Assembly: GCF_000315625.1 (NCBI RefSeq)
Contig: NW_005434667.1
Location: 1,045,061 to 1,109,060, forward strand
Reading direction: 5' to 3'
From: Guillardia theta CCMP2712
Taxonomy: Eukaryota > Protista > Cryptophyta
Length of the DNA: 64,000 bases
Each line of letters opens with the position of its first letter. Position 1 is the first letter of the stretch. Under the pieces are notes generated by a model. That model searched no databases. It had not been told where the DNA came from and saw nothing but the letters and a program-made list of their open reading frames with translations. The translations under genes were made by a program, and so were the position numbers. Positions 22,909-36,109 of this stretch are shown here, in pieces.

Positions 22909-25900
22909 ATGGCGAGCCTCGCAGCAAAGTGGATTGGCGTGAAGGATGGCGAGGAGGAAGCAGCAGAGGCAGAGAAGGGACTATCCTCCCTCCTCCTCCT
23001 TGGCTCCACTCGCTCCGTTCGACCTTACTTGTCCTTCTTGAAGCTCAAGGTACTCTCACGATCTTTGTTTGCTTGCCACAAACTCAGTTCAAACCCAGTG
23101 CGAGGTGAGATTCGAGCGACTTGCCAAGATTGCTCGGCTCTTGTTTCAGATCCTCTATCGCAATGACGGAGACCTCTATCACGAAGCAAACGTAGCCATG
23201 GCTCTTTCAGAGGTCTCATGATTTAGCGTCAGTTCGCCGCTAACAAAATAGCTAGGTTCTCAAGTACCTCAACAAACATCCTGGCTGTCCACCTCCTGGC
23301 TCGCCTGATCGACCAGTCTTTGATTGGCGGCAGTTATACAACAAGTTTACAGCGGCTTCTTTCAAGGGATCCGATTGGATTGGGTACGCGCGGCATGGAG
23401 GACATCACCTGGAAGGTATTCGTGGACACCTGTCCTCTTGTCCTTGACAGGTTTTAGGTTCGGAGGCAAGCAATCAAAGAATGAAATCCCTCTGCAAGCT
23501 AGTGAGGAGGGCGAGAAACTTCTTCTCGCAAACAGGTTCGACTGAGCTCTCTGCAGAATGCGAGTTCTGACACTATCTCAGCTTCCCGGGAGATCCTAAT
23601 CGAGATTCGCCCATACCTCCTTCTCCATGACATCAACTTCTACATGGCCAGCAGCATTCTTTGTATCTTTTTTCCTGATGATGGCCTAGAAAGCGCAGGA
23701 GGCTCAGGTATTCAAAATCCTTCTTATCCTCTTCAGTGATTACGTGGATTGCAGTGGCAGTTTTGCAAGAGTTCAGGGAGATTTGGAAGCTTGTTCCAAA
23801 TTGCACGGAATGGCATTTGATTTGGATCACACTTTTCAATCGAATTTTCCGCCACAACGCGGACCAGGTTGTTTTATCTCTTGGTTCAGATTACACTAAC
23901 TTGTGCTAATTTGTTCTCACTTTAGATGACTGAAGAGCTGAATCCTCTGATTGAGGACTTGTCTTACACATTCCTCCAATTGCTGAATGTTCCAACTGCC
24001 AAAGACAATGCCCAAAATCCTGATCAGCTCACATGGCCAAGCAACTGTTCATTCATTGTTGAAGGGAAGAAGGACGTAAGAAAACCATCCTACAGCATAG
24101 AATTTTCTTAAATTTCATGGCCACTGACATTTTGCTCGTTAGATGAAAGCAGAGACAGTGAAGAAATTGACTCGCTGTTTTGTCTTTACAATTTCGCCCA
24201 ATACGATAACAAAAACTGTTTTCGAAAGGACTCTGCAATACTTGGCCCCGTTTTTTCATCCACTCCAGGTTTGTGACTCTGAATACCTCAAGGTCAATTG
24301 AATCCCTTCTTCTTGTACAGGAAGGAGGCTATACAAAATGCCTTGATATGTTCATCAAGATGTATACTCTATTTTCAATCAATCATTGGTAACGTTTTTT
24401 TTGTGACAGGATTGCTTTGAATTACTCAAAGAGACTCGGGATGGAATCGGGGAAGCACAAGGCCAAAAAGCCGTGGAAATCCACCTACATGCTGAGTGAG
24501 GAGGATAACAAATGGTTTGAGGGGCTCATCCTCCCTCTCGCCCTCAAATCGTTTTATTCGAAAGACATTTCTATGTCATTTGCAGCCTCGCAAGCGATCA
24601 AGGTATTTGCTTGTCTATCAAGATCAAATTTTGATCACCTAAGTCAGGAACTTGGTTCGATTTCAAGAGACTGTCTTCCAGGAATCATGCAAAACATTTT
24701 GATGTCCATAGAGAACGTGATGAGGCCGCACGAAGTACAGAATTCTCTAAGCCTTACATCGGTTCTTTTGAAGCCAATTCTTGAATTGGATGAAGGTTTC
24801 GATTTTCTCGGGCAAGTGATGCAGATTGCGGTCAATGGAATCGATGCAAATGATCCTACAAAAACTTTGTATGCATTGAGATTCTTCACTGCGCTGTTCA
24901 TGGAGGTCCCTTTATTAGATCCAAAAGACATCTCGCACATATCTGAGAAGCCGGAATTCTTGTATGTGCTGAACGATTTATGCACTGCAATTTTACAAAG
25001 ATTTGAAGAGCTGTTTCGAAATGTTCCGGACTTGAAGAAAGGAAATCCTTTCAGAAGCCACATGAAGGATGTCTTGAGAAGATTCTTTGTTTCTTTCTTT
25101 CACCAAATGTCAGATGCATTGTATTCCCATTGCTTGAGCCTCATTACCAGGCAGTTTTCATCCAGCATCTTCCCGACAGCAAAACAGATTGTTGGTCACT
25201 TACTATCATCCTTGGTACATGCAAATGCGACAAAATCGGTAAATCACCTCATCCCAGCAATCTTGAAGAAGGTAATTACATCAGATGGGGAACAGATTCA
25301 GTCTCCTGCTTCTGAGGCGGCGTACTTCATGCATTTGTTAGGACACATTGTGTCTAATGCTGGATCTGCAGTCCTGATCCATGTGGACCAAATTACAGCT
25401 GTCTTAGATGTGGCTCTCTTCCATGAAAAATCAGAAATTCAAAGAGAAGCCCGAAAATTGCTTCGAAAATTGTTGAGAGGTTTGCTTGGAGTGCTTCCAA
25501 GAGATTTTTCAGTTTTACCGCCATCAAAACGATCGAATATGCAGAAGCTGACTGCCCAAGACATCAGGAAACCGACACCCTCTTTCCAGGACATGGAGAT
25601 TGACTTCTTGACACCAAATAGCGACTGTCAGAAGAAGTCTCGGGAGATTCTTGAAAAGTATTTTTTGCTGTCAGAAACGGCTTTCAAGTCAAATGATGCT
25701 GCATCAATTCGAGCAGCATTTGGTTGTATCGATGCTATGATTCGAGGTGGAGCACAAATTTTTCCTATGCCTCGGGCAAAACCAGAATTCCAGGCTCAAG
25801 AAAGTAGTCTTCAAGAAGGTGTAGAGTGCGATGACGAAGATGACACAGATTACAATCTTGCATCGCGCTGGGGATCCTTTGTTTTGGATGATCCTGAGTG

Positions 25901-28900
25901 GGGCAGAGGCTTTCGAGAGAAACTGGGATTGTTGCTGATTGAAAGCTGCAAAGTACATGCCAATGTTTCGAATCCTGATGTTCCAACTATAAAGGCTCTC
26001 TTGAAGATGGTAAAACTATCACACACCCTTGCACATTTTTTTGAGGATTTTGCCTGCAGGTATCATCTTACTTGGCATCGAACGGGGTTTGGACTAAGTA
26101 TGAAACTTTGAAGAGTTCGGCGAGTTATCACAAAGCTGTCAATCGGTTTGTACCCACATATGCAGTCACTGGATTGTGACATTTATGCCAGATCTTGGTT
26201 CCAAGGCAAAGAATCGGCATACTCGAGGCCTCTTCTCGTATGGCGATCATATGCTTTGATGGGAAAGCGATTGGACATGGGAGTCTTTGAAGCCAATGGA
26301 GTTGTCTCGGATCTTTTGAAGCATTTGTCATCGATGTGTGTTCATGACTTTTCAATGGTGAGAAAAAAGGCTCAGAAAGTCTTGCCAAAAGTGATTCGCC
26401 GCTTTCCATACCTGCATGTGCAATGTCTGACACAGGTTCTTTCAACCCTGAGCGATGCAAACTCGTCCAAGGGTGCCCTGAAGGGAGTCATCTTCACAGT
26501 TCAGACTAATCAAGCTATGAAGAAGATTGTAAGGAACTGGAGCTTGAGCAAATTTCTCTTGAATGGGTTATTGGGGTCACATCAATATGATGAAATCAAA
26601 ATTCAAGTGCGACTCTCTCAATTGTGGAGTACCTATGTCAAGCATTGGTTCGCCTTGCCTTTTGGAGGCCTCAAACACTCTGATAGCCTGATGACCGATG
26701 TTGACGTCACAAGCGCTTTCTCACAAGAAATGGTAAAGAAATTGTTTGAGTCTGGGAGAAATTCCTCCACTTACCGTGCCAAGAAGAGCCAGGAAACTTA
26801 TGAAGGCCTAGTACAACTCATGAAATTTCAACTTGATGGATCATCAGGTACGAGCTCAAGCTCGGTTCACTGGAGATACGTGGTACTCGCAACTTCCAGT
26901 TTGATTCTGCTTTCAATGCGACAAGACTGCACGCCAGACCTCAAAGTTGTTGAATATGTTATTCATGGCCTCAACAGTGATATTTTACCACTTCGTCAAC
27001 TCTGTCGTGCTGTTTTATTCAACTTCAGCTTGATTTATTCAGTGAATCGTGCGAAAGATTGTATGGAAACAGAAGGGAGCACTGCTGATACAGGCATTGA
27101 AGGCGCAGATAATCAACTGAACCCTCAGAACTTTGAGATGCCAATAGACCAAGAATTCGAGGGACCCTTCTCTGATGAGCCATGGCAAGCGTCGGAGACA
27201 AAGAAGCAAGAGCTTTGGTCCAATTCTGCAGTGATGGATCTGATTGATAGCTTGCTTTCACAGTCCGATTGGTTCAAGAGCGTGGTTGAGAAGATCAGCA
27301 ATGATCACAGACTTAGCGGGGATGAAAGGGCTCAAACTCAATCCAGCAATGCGCCTTCCATGCCTGCAGCTTCAGTTGCAGTACGCAGCTTGGTGGCTTC
27401 CCGATGGTTCTGGCCAAGAACAAGCGCTGCACCTCTATCGAAAGATTTCAACCTAGATAACATGTTTGCCATTGAGTATCTCATGCTCACAGCTGGACCA
27501 GATGCATCCTTGAATGCCCTTCCAGCTATCGAGGAGCTGGCGGGAAAAGTTGATGACCGCGAGAATCAATGTGCCGCTGCTGAAATCTTGGCTGGTGTCA
27601 TACGAGCAAGCAATCACTGGCAGAATGTGCAAGGCACACAAATCCGTCAAAAACTTGGCTCCATCTTGAAGGAAACTCTGAGCCGAGCTGCCCCCGACAC
27701 CGTTGGGGATTGGTGCGAAATGATTCGCTTTTCGACATCCAATCGTGATCCAAGGAGGTTCAACTGGCTCAGCAGAATTGTAGGGTCACTGTGCGCTGCC
27801 AACAATGATTCCGCCTTGTATCTGGTGAGACAAGACAGATGGTGATCATTCCAGCTGCCTGATTCTTTCTTGATTCCAGGTGAAGGGCCTCAAGCTTCAG
27901 CAGTGTCTCCTCATGGAGTTTGGGTGGAAAGGACTTCCTGTTGCTCGGATCTTGAATGAGACGAGCCGTCGTCTGATCGGAAACAGCTCCAAGTTAGTCC
28001 GCGAGGAGTGCGGACGATCTCTCCTACAAATCAGCCGCGGCTTTAGCGGCACCGGCGAAGTTCGCATGACTGATCAGACTATCGTGTTGGGCAAAATCAT
28101 TCCAGACTTTGAGCTGGTGGACTGGATCACTGAGGATATGACCAGACTTTACAACCTCTACTTCAGCAATCGCCCGACAGAGGGTTCACAGCAGCTCATG
28201 GAGCTCAAGAATCAGATCGAAGGCGTCATCTACTACTTCATGCACTCGTGCCGATTAGGATACTCCACGTCGGTAAAGAAGTACCTAGTGCAGGCGATCT
28301 CCTTGTTCTTGATCATACAGGAAGACTCGGACAGAGAGTTCGCCAAGGTAGAGTTGTCGACTTGGTCGGTTTGTTCTGATGTATATCGACAGGTTGGACA
28401 GATTGCCTTGGAGCTGATTGCCAGAACTTTGAGAGACAGGCAAACGGCGGCTGCTGTGCTTGGACGGGTGGAAGAGCTCCTGTCTAGCTCTCAGAGCTGG
28501 AGAGTTCGTGCGGGAACCGTTGACTTTATCCGCGAGCTTGGTCACTCGCATGTCTTGGAGGTAGACATCAAGAACAAGGCCTTCGAGCTCCTTCATCGTC
28601 TCATCAGCGACCCGGTGGTTGAAGTCAGGATCTCTGCGAGCCAATCTCTTGCGTCGATACTGCGAGCCTTCTCTGAAGAGAAGGTCACCTACCTCCTGTC
28701 CCTGGCGCCAAAGCCAAAGCGGAGAGGAGCCAAGATGCAGAAGGAGATGTCTGAGAGTGAGCGTAGCGCAGCTCTTGTGACTCGTCATGCAAAGGTGCGA
28801 AGAAGGGGAGGGTGAACGAGGTGCTCAGGGGGAAATTGAATGGTGCGAAGTGGCATTGGGGAAAAATCTGATGCCCTCTTGAGCAGGTGCTCGGCGTCTC

Positions 28901-29132
28901 TTCTGCCATCATCTCGAGCCCAACTGACTTGCCAGCTTGGATGCCTGACGCTGTTTGTACTCTCTGCCTGCTGCATGATGAGGACCCGATCATCCGCAAC
29001 TCCATCACTCGAACCCTCGCCGACTTCCGCAAGAGCCACGAAGACATGTGGGAGACTATCAGGATGACGTGGAACGAAGAGCAGTTTCGCCTCGTCACCG
29101 AGAATGCAGGGACCTTATCCTACTACTCATGA
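22909..29132 (+). CDS. PSME4: proteasome activator PA200/Blm10
   Basis: Large HEAT-like protein; GIDANDPTKTL, VHWRY, NRDPRR, SWRVRA, RHAK|VLGVSSAIISSPTDLPAWMP, TLADFRKSHEDMW; C-terminal HbYX-type tail SYYS*. Confidence 0.92.
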
Positions 29133-29212
29133 AGGCGAAGTTCTAGAGATTTTTGTAGGTTTTTTATTTACATAGTACAACAAAAAACAGAGAAACAATA
29201 AACAACGACAAA

Positions 29213-30614
29213 TCACTTGGCAGGACAGCGTATGTACACGTGCAAGTGAAAGAGATTGATACTTAAACCGTCCGCCATGTTGTCGTCGTGGTTCCACTCA
29301 ATCGCTTCAGGCAGGTTATCTGCCAGCCACTTGTTGACGAAATCTTCGATTTCGGGTTCGGTCAACCAGGCTCTGCTCCATAGAGTCCAATGAGTAACAC
29401 CATTTGGGGTATCATAAGGAAACATGTTGGGTTCAAGAACAATGGGAGCCTTATCGAGGACAGTCTTCATGATCACGTCCTCTCGGGAGCCGAAGTGAGA
29501 GTCGAGGTAGTCCATGTGCAGGAACTTGCGCTTCTTCAACGCTTTCGACCTTCGATAGTATTCCAACGTAAGTGTACGAGGGTATCTAGGTACCGTCTTC
29601 GTGGAAGAAGCTTCTTGAGGTGGTTCTTCAGGTGATTCTTCCGCCGTTCGCTTTCGCTTGCCTACGATGTTCTTCTGCGTACAGTCCAACTCTTCTGGTG
29701 AGGATGTAAAGGAACTCTCGAACCTTTGATCTCTTTGATCCGGAGAATCTTGTATGTCGTGGAGGTAGGCAACGTCGTCATGGAATGGAGATAGCGTGTC
29801 TGCAACGCTGTGCTCCTCGTCGCGATCTTCTTGGTTGCAAGAGGTCTGACATGGGCGATCTTTATCAGAGGCTTCCCTGCTTTCTGCGGAACAATCAAAC
29901 GAATGAGACGCTTTGTCCTCACTGCAATCATATCGATCTGCGTAGCCGAAAGGAAAGAGCTGAAGGACTGATGGTGCAGAGCCGCATCTTCTTGCCTCAG
30001 GCCTCACGCGAGTTGGAGATGCCTCTCGGGAAGGACATGGTGAGGCACGAGGGGACGGAGAAGGCGAGTCTGCAATCAAGTAATCCTTCGAACAATCTGC
30101 AATCTCACGCGCAAAGCTTCCATTTACTGCGCAAACCTGCCCGTTGACCGTGATAGTGTCCGGGAAGACAGGTGTTGTTCGATAATTGTTTGGTTTGGCC
30201 TCGAATCCAAGGTAAAGAACCGCAAGGCCCCTGTGAACAGGCGCACAAAAGTTCTTATGAACGGCAGTCACCGAACCTCCATCAACATTCATCACAGCAT
30301 TCCACATCTTTACGATTTTGGCTTCACGAAGCTCAAAAGACATGGTCCAACCGTTGACGCCAAACCTATTCCTGCGCGAACCAGTATTGCAGTCCACAAC
30401 CACAGTAACATCCACGTAATACCCACTAGCCCAACACTCACGTACTGTGTAATCAACAGAGACGATTGAGAGGGGAGTGTTTTGACGAGAATGCATTGAT
30501 TCTGTTAAAAGAGTTAGTTATTTCAGGCAACAAGTTTCTCAAGAGAATACCTGATGGCTTCACGTCTTTGATCAGATTTTGAATGTTTTCAGAAGCGACA
30601 GGCATCATCTGCAT
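29213..30614 (-). CDS. CBM2 cellulose/chitin-binding module fused to a DUF3605 (Gig2-like, HIT-type) domain
   Basis: N-part VDYTVRECWASGYYVDVTV..NGWTMSF..KMWNA..GFEA..TVNGQVC (CBM2 Trp pattern); C-part PNMFPYDTPNGVTHWTLWS..SINLFHLHVY; short first exon from ATG 30614 with an in-frame stop just upstream. Confidence 0.75.
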
Positions 30615-32132
30615 GATTCAAGTGCGAACTGATCCTCTTCCAACAAGAAAAGGCAACAGAGAAGTCCACCAGAGAAAGATGTTTTGAGCAGAAAAGAAGG
30701 GTCTGACAATGAACGACCTGGCTATCAGCAGAACTGCAGGGACCGATGCCAGGGTCCACCTAACAGATGGTCAAGATTCAAGATCAAGGGGCGGTGATCG
30801 ATTTCGATTGGAGAAACCCGACTTGTGCAGGAAGATGAACTCCTTTGTTGAAGATCAAGTAAAGCTGTGCAGGTAGGATAAGTCACCCGCTGGTTTCCAC
30901 GGCTCACCAAGAACAGAAGCTGTGAATGGGAGCAATGTAGAGGGAATAATCCACAGTAAGAAGCTCAAGGCCCTTCAAACTATGCTAACTTGAAGATAGA
31001 TTTCTACAGTCTTGATGAGACTTGCAGCTGAAGAGGAGAGACGAGACCCCGACAAACTCTGTAAACCTCCCAACTGGTGCAACTGCTACTTTTCAATGCG
31101 GTTGCAAAGACAGGAGGAGATCGAAGGACACGGAAAGCAGAAGCGCAATCAGTGATGATAAGCAGGGCTTGGAGAAGGAGGAGATGCGGCAGGAGCGATA
31201 GGAGTAGCGTTAGCACCAGCAAGAAGAAACAGGCGCGCAATGGCAGCGGCAGCGGCGAGGAGTGTGCGATGGCCGAGGGGCTATGGCTCTACCTTGGGGG
31301 TAGGGGTCCTTCCTGAACGGGTGGGTAGTTGTGTTGTAAGGTCCAGGTGGGTGGTGGATCAGAAATACCCCTGACATATCTTCCGCAACTAAGAGGAATA
31401 AGTAGGGGTACTATTCTGTTTAGAAGAATCGAGAAGTCGCGAGCACCATGGTAGGGTGATTTCTTTCAGGGGTGGGGGGTACCTTCTGCGATTAAAACAA
31501 GGGTGGCGCTTTTTCATCGAGTTTATTTTCCTCGTACTAACTGACTATCTATAATATAGTTATTCTATGGTATTTGTACGTAAATAGGTAAATAGGTAAG
31601 TAAGAATTCGTTTCTTTGTTCTTATTTCATAATATTAAAATTAAAGACTATATAAAATTTGGTACTGAAACTTATATAATGGTAAAGATTTCATCGTTCG
31701 AGGTACAAACAGGCGAAATAAATACTTTCGAACAGAGAGTTTTAGACTCGCAGTCCGCCTCGCTGATACAGATACAAAACTCAAAAAGACAGCGAATACA
31801 AGTTAAAGATCAAGCGATCCGAGATGCGACCATCGTTGTTTGCTTTTGGCGGAACATCCTAGCTGGTCCCCCTTCAACTTTCCCTCCCCCTCCCCCTCCC
31901 CCTCTCCCTCTCCCTCTCCCTCTGGGTCCTGCTCTTCCTCTAATCCCCCTTTCTCCCTCCCAATTTCCCCCTCGCCCCCCCCCCCCCCCGCCTCTCCCTC
32001 TCCTTTTCTTCCTACCTACTTGTCTCCTCCCAGACTCACCTCCACCTCAATTTTTCTTATTTGCCTTACACTCTTACATTCTACTGCGCCTCTCAACTGA
32101 TACTCAAAAAGATTGGTCAGAAGAGCGTGAAG

Positions 32133-33408
32133 ATGCCGGGCTACCATTTAAACCTACAGGGGAAGGTGTGGCATGCTCTTGATCTCCAACACTGTTGTTG
32201 CTCTTAGTCTCTTTCCCGCGTGACTTCCAGCTGATCCTCGCGCCTCATGTTCAGGTGGCATTTGTAGCTGGTATAGCTGATGCGAATGGGTATGGATGGG
32301 CCATTTCAAGGCAACTATGCAATGCAGGAGCATCAGTCCTAGCTGGAACTTGGCCACCTGCACTGAAAATCTTCAAGAGAGGGTTGGAGAGAGGGTTTGG
32401 TGACAAGCAGCTGCTTGCTGACGGGTCAGCAATGAAGTTTCAAGGGATCTATCCTCTTGATGGTCAGCTACTCGTCGGTGTTGACTTTGATTGACCTGCT
32501 TCACACAGTCAACTACTCTGAACCAGAGGAGATTCCCGAGCACGTAAAGGGCAGCAGGAGATATGCAGATGTGCAGGACTATGACATTAGGACGTGCTCA
32601 GAGCGTGTGAAGAGGGACGTGGGTAAAATCGATATCCTCGTTCATGCTGTTGCGAATGCTCCCGAAGTTCAAAAGCCGCTCATCGACACCTCGCGGGAAG
32701 GGAAGGGGCCCTCCCAACTCGAGTAGCTTCTGACGTGTGTTATGCTCAGCTATCTAGCGGCTGTCTCCGCTTCGTCCTATTCGTGGGTCTCGATGGTCAG
32801 GCACTTTGGGGGGATCATGCGGCCGGGCGGGTCGTGCCTATCCCTCTCGTTCATCGCCTCAGAGCGCGTCATACCCGGCTATGGAGGCGGCATGTCTTCT
32901 GCTAAGGCTCAGCTGGAGAGCGATACCCGCGTACTGGCATACGAGGCTGGTCGGAGGTTCGGCATCCGGGTGAACTCGATCTCTGCTGGCCCCCTGCTTT
33001 CACGTGCTGCCAGCGCGATTGAGAATGTAAGAGGAGATGCAACAAGAAGGGAGACCGGGGAAGATGAACTTTGAACAGGGCGGAGGAGAGAGCTTCATAC
33101 ACTCTTACATCAAGTTTCACGAGGAGCACTCCCCGCTTCAGCGGAAGATGGATGCTGATGACGTTGGAAGGGCTGCTCTTGCACTCTGCTCAGATTTGTC
33201 TACTGCTGTAAGATATTGTCCTTGATCGATTCTGCTTTGAAATTCCCACAAACTTCAGGTTACTGGCGTTTGTCTGCATGTAGACAACGGAATGCACTGT
33301 ATGGGGTTTACAGGCAGTGAATCGTCTGCAGCATGCGCGTGGTGGAATCCTGACCTTGCAACAGGAGAAAAAACAAATCGTTCCCCTGCAAATGTACCGT
33401 CCGATTGA
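32133..33408 (+). CDS. fabI: enoyl-ACP reductase (plant/apicomplexan/chlamydial-type FabI)
   Basis: LNLQGK|[17 protein letters not shown]; [18 protein letters not shown]; [11 protein letters not shown]; catalytic [11 protein letters not shown]; [15 protein letters not shown]; [11 protein letters not shown]. Confidence 0.93.
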
Positions 33409-33459
33409 CAATCGAACATGTACATATACGTCGACAAAAACAAAAATTCGATTCGACAT

Positions 33460-36075
33460 TTATTTCACTGGCGATCGCTGCTTCTGCAAGATGTTGTCAA
33501 CAAAAGCTGATTTGAACTTCTTTGCGGATTCAGGCTCCCCTCCAGTGCTGGAATTCAGCTTGTTCACTTCGACCCGCGATCTTGAGTTGGAGTCGAGGCT
33601 GACCCTATGAACCCTGTGGATTTGTACATTATCCTTTGGATGCCATATCTCCCCCGATTCCTTCCCCTCCCTATATGCCTTCACTCCAACCTTTGAGTAC
33701 GGCTCGACGAAATGACTGTCAATTGTTCTCGCGAGCTGCATCATTTCCCTCATCGAGCTGTCGAGAATACTGTTCTTCTCTCGCCCTATCGTCTTGTTGA
33801 AATCTGGGCTGGCACTGCGAAGTGAGCCCTGCGCTTGTCGCACTCCGTCCCAGTAGTCCAGGCCGTGTAGCCCTCCTGCTCCTGTCTTCTGCATCACTCC
33901 GCCGTGACTTTCCCGACCCACCTGTTTCGAGATTCGGACAGGGGACAACGATCGGGGGCGGAGGACAGCGTAGTTCGGCTCTCCATCGTGGTTGGTGTGC
34001 AAGTCCTCGTCTTCGACCGACGACAGGGGCACTCGGTTCGTCATCTTGTCGAACCTGGGAACGGAGGAAGGACGAGGATAGACGAGGGAGAAGGAGGGGT
34101 CATGAGCCCATTCTGATCTTGATGAAGTCTTCAGCTTCTCTGCATGCGAAGAGTTTGACTTGCGCATCTCAAAGGATGGGATGTGTCTTGACATTGGATG
34201 CGACTCCTTGAGATTGAAGAGATGTAGGTTGCTGTTTGACTCCTCTCGCAGATCCAATCCCAAAGGGACTGCTTTTTCAATCATGATGTCAACAGATTTC
34301 TATTTGCTCAGAAAAACAAGTTTCACCTTTGCCCGAAGACGTCCATTTCCTTGGAAGCATTGTCTTCATGTTGACACTTGCCTTGTTGTTCTGTACCAAG
34401 CAGTCTGAGAAACCACCTATGACAATGACGTCTTACATTCGGATGCGTCGCATGGAACCAATTCCTCTGCTCACTCCAGCGGATGGGATCCGCAACTTTC
34501 GGGTAGTAGGGAGTCCTGTGGCTCAGCATTGACAATCGCTCACAAACATCAACACAGGTGCTTACGCTGCTGTTCTTTCGGGTGTTACATAGCCTGCAAA
34601 CTCACTGCGTCAAACACTGGGAGATGAGCAGAGCGAGCTGAAGCAAGGGTCACCCAATCGTTCTAACGCATCGTTGTGGTCTCGTCCACTCCTGGAGAGG
34701 TCAGGGGTAGGTGTGTGTCTGGGAAGCATCTCAGGAGGCAACAAGTTGAAACAGGGAGCTAAGTCACCTCTTTGTGATCTCCAGAATCTCAACAGAAGGC
34801 GAGTACTCCAGGTCAAACATTTCCTTGCGAGAAAGAGCCAGGTAGCCTGCGATGAGAGCTCGGTCTCCAACAAATCTTCCACTGGTCTTGTTGAAATCTT
34901 GCGTCTTTTCCGGTCTCAACCATGAGTTCTGATCAGTGGATTGGATTTCCGAAGGGTCATGACCTGCAAAGAAGTGAGGATACAGCAGTGCAAGCACATC
35001 TTTGCAAGAATTCGAACCTCTTCGGAAAGACACTTGAGAGATGCTCTCTTGCAAATCTCTCGAATTCTCCTTCTGTCATACTCATAATCAGTGCCTTACG
35101 CTCTCCAGACAAAGGGATCAACCCGTTCTTGGGGGGAGAACATGAGGCGTTCTTCCTCTCCTCTCAGATTGAAAGGGCTGCTTGTCATCTCGTTCTCGAC
35201 GGACTTTGAGATTGAGCTGTTGGTAAACAGTCACACTATCTCTCTCAAACTCTCTTGTCAAGGTTGCCTGGGAGCATACTCGAAGCTCTTGCTCCTCGTG
35301 AAGTGTGTTTCAGACACCTTGAAGTGCCCTTGAGGCGACGATGACCTCACGTTGTGCTGCTTTGCTGCAATGTAGCAGAGTCTGGCTGTCTTCGGTCTCA
35401 CAAGCTCATAGCTAGCATCGTAATGCCCGATCGGAGGCACAGCAGCATCTGATGGGCACATTGAGGACACAACACAAGAGGCATGAGAGGGTCTTCACAT
35501 CGTTTGTCCTGCATCTTGTAATAGACTGACTCCTTTCTTTCTGGTGCAAGAAAACTTGAGGAAGGAAGAACGAGCTTCTCCTGTTGCCTCCATCAATTCC
35601 GACTGACAACGCATCAAATCTTCACCTTAGGGGGCTTAGCATCCAGCTCCCGGCTTCCTCGTTGAGAGATAAATCGATTCTCGTGGAGTTTGTCTGCCTG
35701 CCTCTTCCTCATCTTGGACGCTCGTAAGCTGTTCTTGTCTTCCAAGGACACCAGGTGCTGGAACGGATTACGTGTAGTCGAGGAAGAATCCTGAAGGGAC
35801 TCGGATCGTGGGGAAGAGAGCATGACTGCATGTCGGCCACGATCTACATGAAAATCTACAATCTGAGTATTGACTTCCGAAAGAGACACGAAGCTGTTTT
35901 ACAAGTCACATGGAGGAAAGAGAAGTTCAATGGAGAGTCTCGACCTTATCTCCCTGCTCCTTCTTGTCTGCTGTCTGCTGCTTTCCAACGATTCTCTGAT
36001 GGATCTGAGGCTGGAAGCATTCGACAGTGACTTGCCTATCCTCGAGAAGGACTCAAGGTCGAACTCAGAGCTCAT
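33460..36075 (-). CDS. hypothetical basic multi-exon protein with degenerate internal repeats
   Basis: ATG at 36075 (MSSEFDLESFSR..); chain of minus-strand ORFs separated by GT-AG gaps; recurrent P-x-[YF]-x-x-[VL]-x-P-[RK] and F-x-K-x-x-x-R motifs. Confidence 0.65.
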
Positions 36076-36109
36076 CCTTCCTCCCAGTCCCGCAGTCCCT
36101 CTGCGGGTT

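Noticed and set aside
22909-29132. Apparent fragmentation or pseudogenisation of PSME4 and other genes in the ORF track
   Set aside because: The breaks coincide with short GT/GC-AG introns and the conserved termini are intact.
31004-31240. ORF resembling a signal peptide with an ASAF plastid-targeting motif
   Set aside because: It starts at TTG with no upstream in-frame ATG and ends after 78 codons; more likely the 5' UTR/promoter of the CBM2 gene.
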